Source: Chthoniobacterales bacterium (GTDB lineage Bacteria; Verrucomicrobiota; Verrucomicrobiia; Chthoniobacterales; UBA10450). From it: DNA of 59,314 nucleotides. This document shows positions 58,635 to 59,314 of the stretch, one piece after another. Under the pieces are notes generated by a model that ran no database searches, was not told the DNA's origin, and saw nothing but the letters and a program-made list of their open reading frames with translations. The position numbers and the translations under genes are program-made. The stretch spans positions 1-59,314 of the forward strand of contig DASYVQ010000055.1 of the NCBI GenBank assembly GCA_035936875.1, in the 5' to 3' direction. Positions within the stretch are counted from its first letter, which is position 1. Each line of letters begins with the position of its first letter.

Positions 58635-59314
58635 AATCGCTCTGCACGTTTCTAATTCTTTTGGCGACTTCGTCTTTTGGGACCGAGCCAACGATGATCG
58701 GCTCAAAAAAATTTACCGAATCGTACGTTCTCGGCGAAATCGCGACGCGAACTCTGAACGAAGCCGGCATTCCCGCTCAACATCGACAAGGCATGGGCGG
58801 CACAATCATTCTTTGGCAGGCACTGCGCGGCGGACAAATCGATGTGTATCCGGAATACACCGGCACGATCACGCAGGAAATCCTGAAACGCAGCGATCAA
58901 CCAACGATCGAACAAATCGCGAATGAGCTGGGCAAACTCGGCGTCGGCATAACCGAACCACTCGGTTTCAACAATACGTATGCGCTGGTCATGCGGCGAA
59001 GCGAAGCGGAACGACTTGGCGTTCACAGCATCAGCGACCTGCGAAAACATCCTGAGCTCAAGATTGGGCTGACCCACGAATTTTTGGATCGACATGATGG
59101 TTGGCAGCCGTTGGCAGCAAGTTACCAACTGAATCCGCAAAACGTAGTCGGAATCGATCACGCCATTGGTTACGCAGCGCTCAAGACGGGTTCGATCGAC
59201 GTGAAAGACGCCTACTCAACCGATGCGAAGATTGCGGAAAACGATCTCATAGTTCTGAAAGACGACCTCCGATTCTTCCCGCAATACCAGGCCGCGTTTT
59301 TGTTTCGGTCGTCT
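58631..59314 (+). CDS. Quaternary-amine (glycine betaine/OpuCC-type) substrate-binding protein, 3' end cut by window
   Basis: Own translation: MKSLCTFLILLATSSFG...IGSKKFTESYVLGEI...IDVYPEYTGT...DDLRFFPQYQAAFLF. ATGA overlap with the ATPase gene. Confidence 0.8.
   Translation, partial: MKSLCTFLILLATSSFGTEPTMIGSKKFTESYVLGEIATRTLNEAGIPAQHRQGMGGTIILWQALRGGQIDVYPEYTGTITQEILKRSDQPTIEQIANELGKLGVGITEPLGFNNTYALVMRRSEAERLGVHSISDLRKHPELKIGLTHEFLDRHDGWQPLAASYQLNPQNVVGIDHAIGYAALKTGSIDVKDAYSTDAKIAENDLIVLKDDLRFFPQYQAAFLFRSS

Overview
Chromosomal segment of a diderm bacterium. Coding regions sampled by hand are about 55-58% GC. The window is densely packed with housekeeping genes: partial SDR, thiC behind a TPP riboswitch, M13 peptidase, PpiD-like chaperone, PLP decarboxylase, Omp85/TamB pair, rnpA-yidD-yidC-jag, ald, dnaE, glnB-glnA, tatA, an ACP/glycosyltransferase cluster, egtB-egtD, and an OpuC-type ABC transporter. 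I found no rRNA, tRNA or CRISPR array. The unusual part is the non-genic and mobile layer. (1) One IS200-like REP-associated tyrosine transposase (RAYT) is bracketed by two identical 53-bp double-hairpin elements that start with GTAG. (2) Related double-hairpin doublets (REPIN-like) lie between genes and, apparently in frame, inside thiC, dnaE and a cupin gene. (3) Several other palindromic or short-word repeat families fill the intergenic DNA and sometimes supply stop or start codons. (4) A family of about 72-aa mini-proteins is homologous to the ThiC C-terminal tail but lacks the Fe-S cysteines. It has two intact copies (one directly after thiC) and two decayed remnants. Other candidates are a lower-GC orphan gene with a PD-(D/E)xK/NERD-like C-terminus, an orphan promoter plus terminator pair, tandem secreted paralogs, and the egtBD-ABC linkage. 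All functional calls come from reading the translations by eye; no database search was run.
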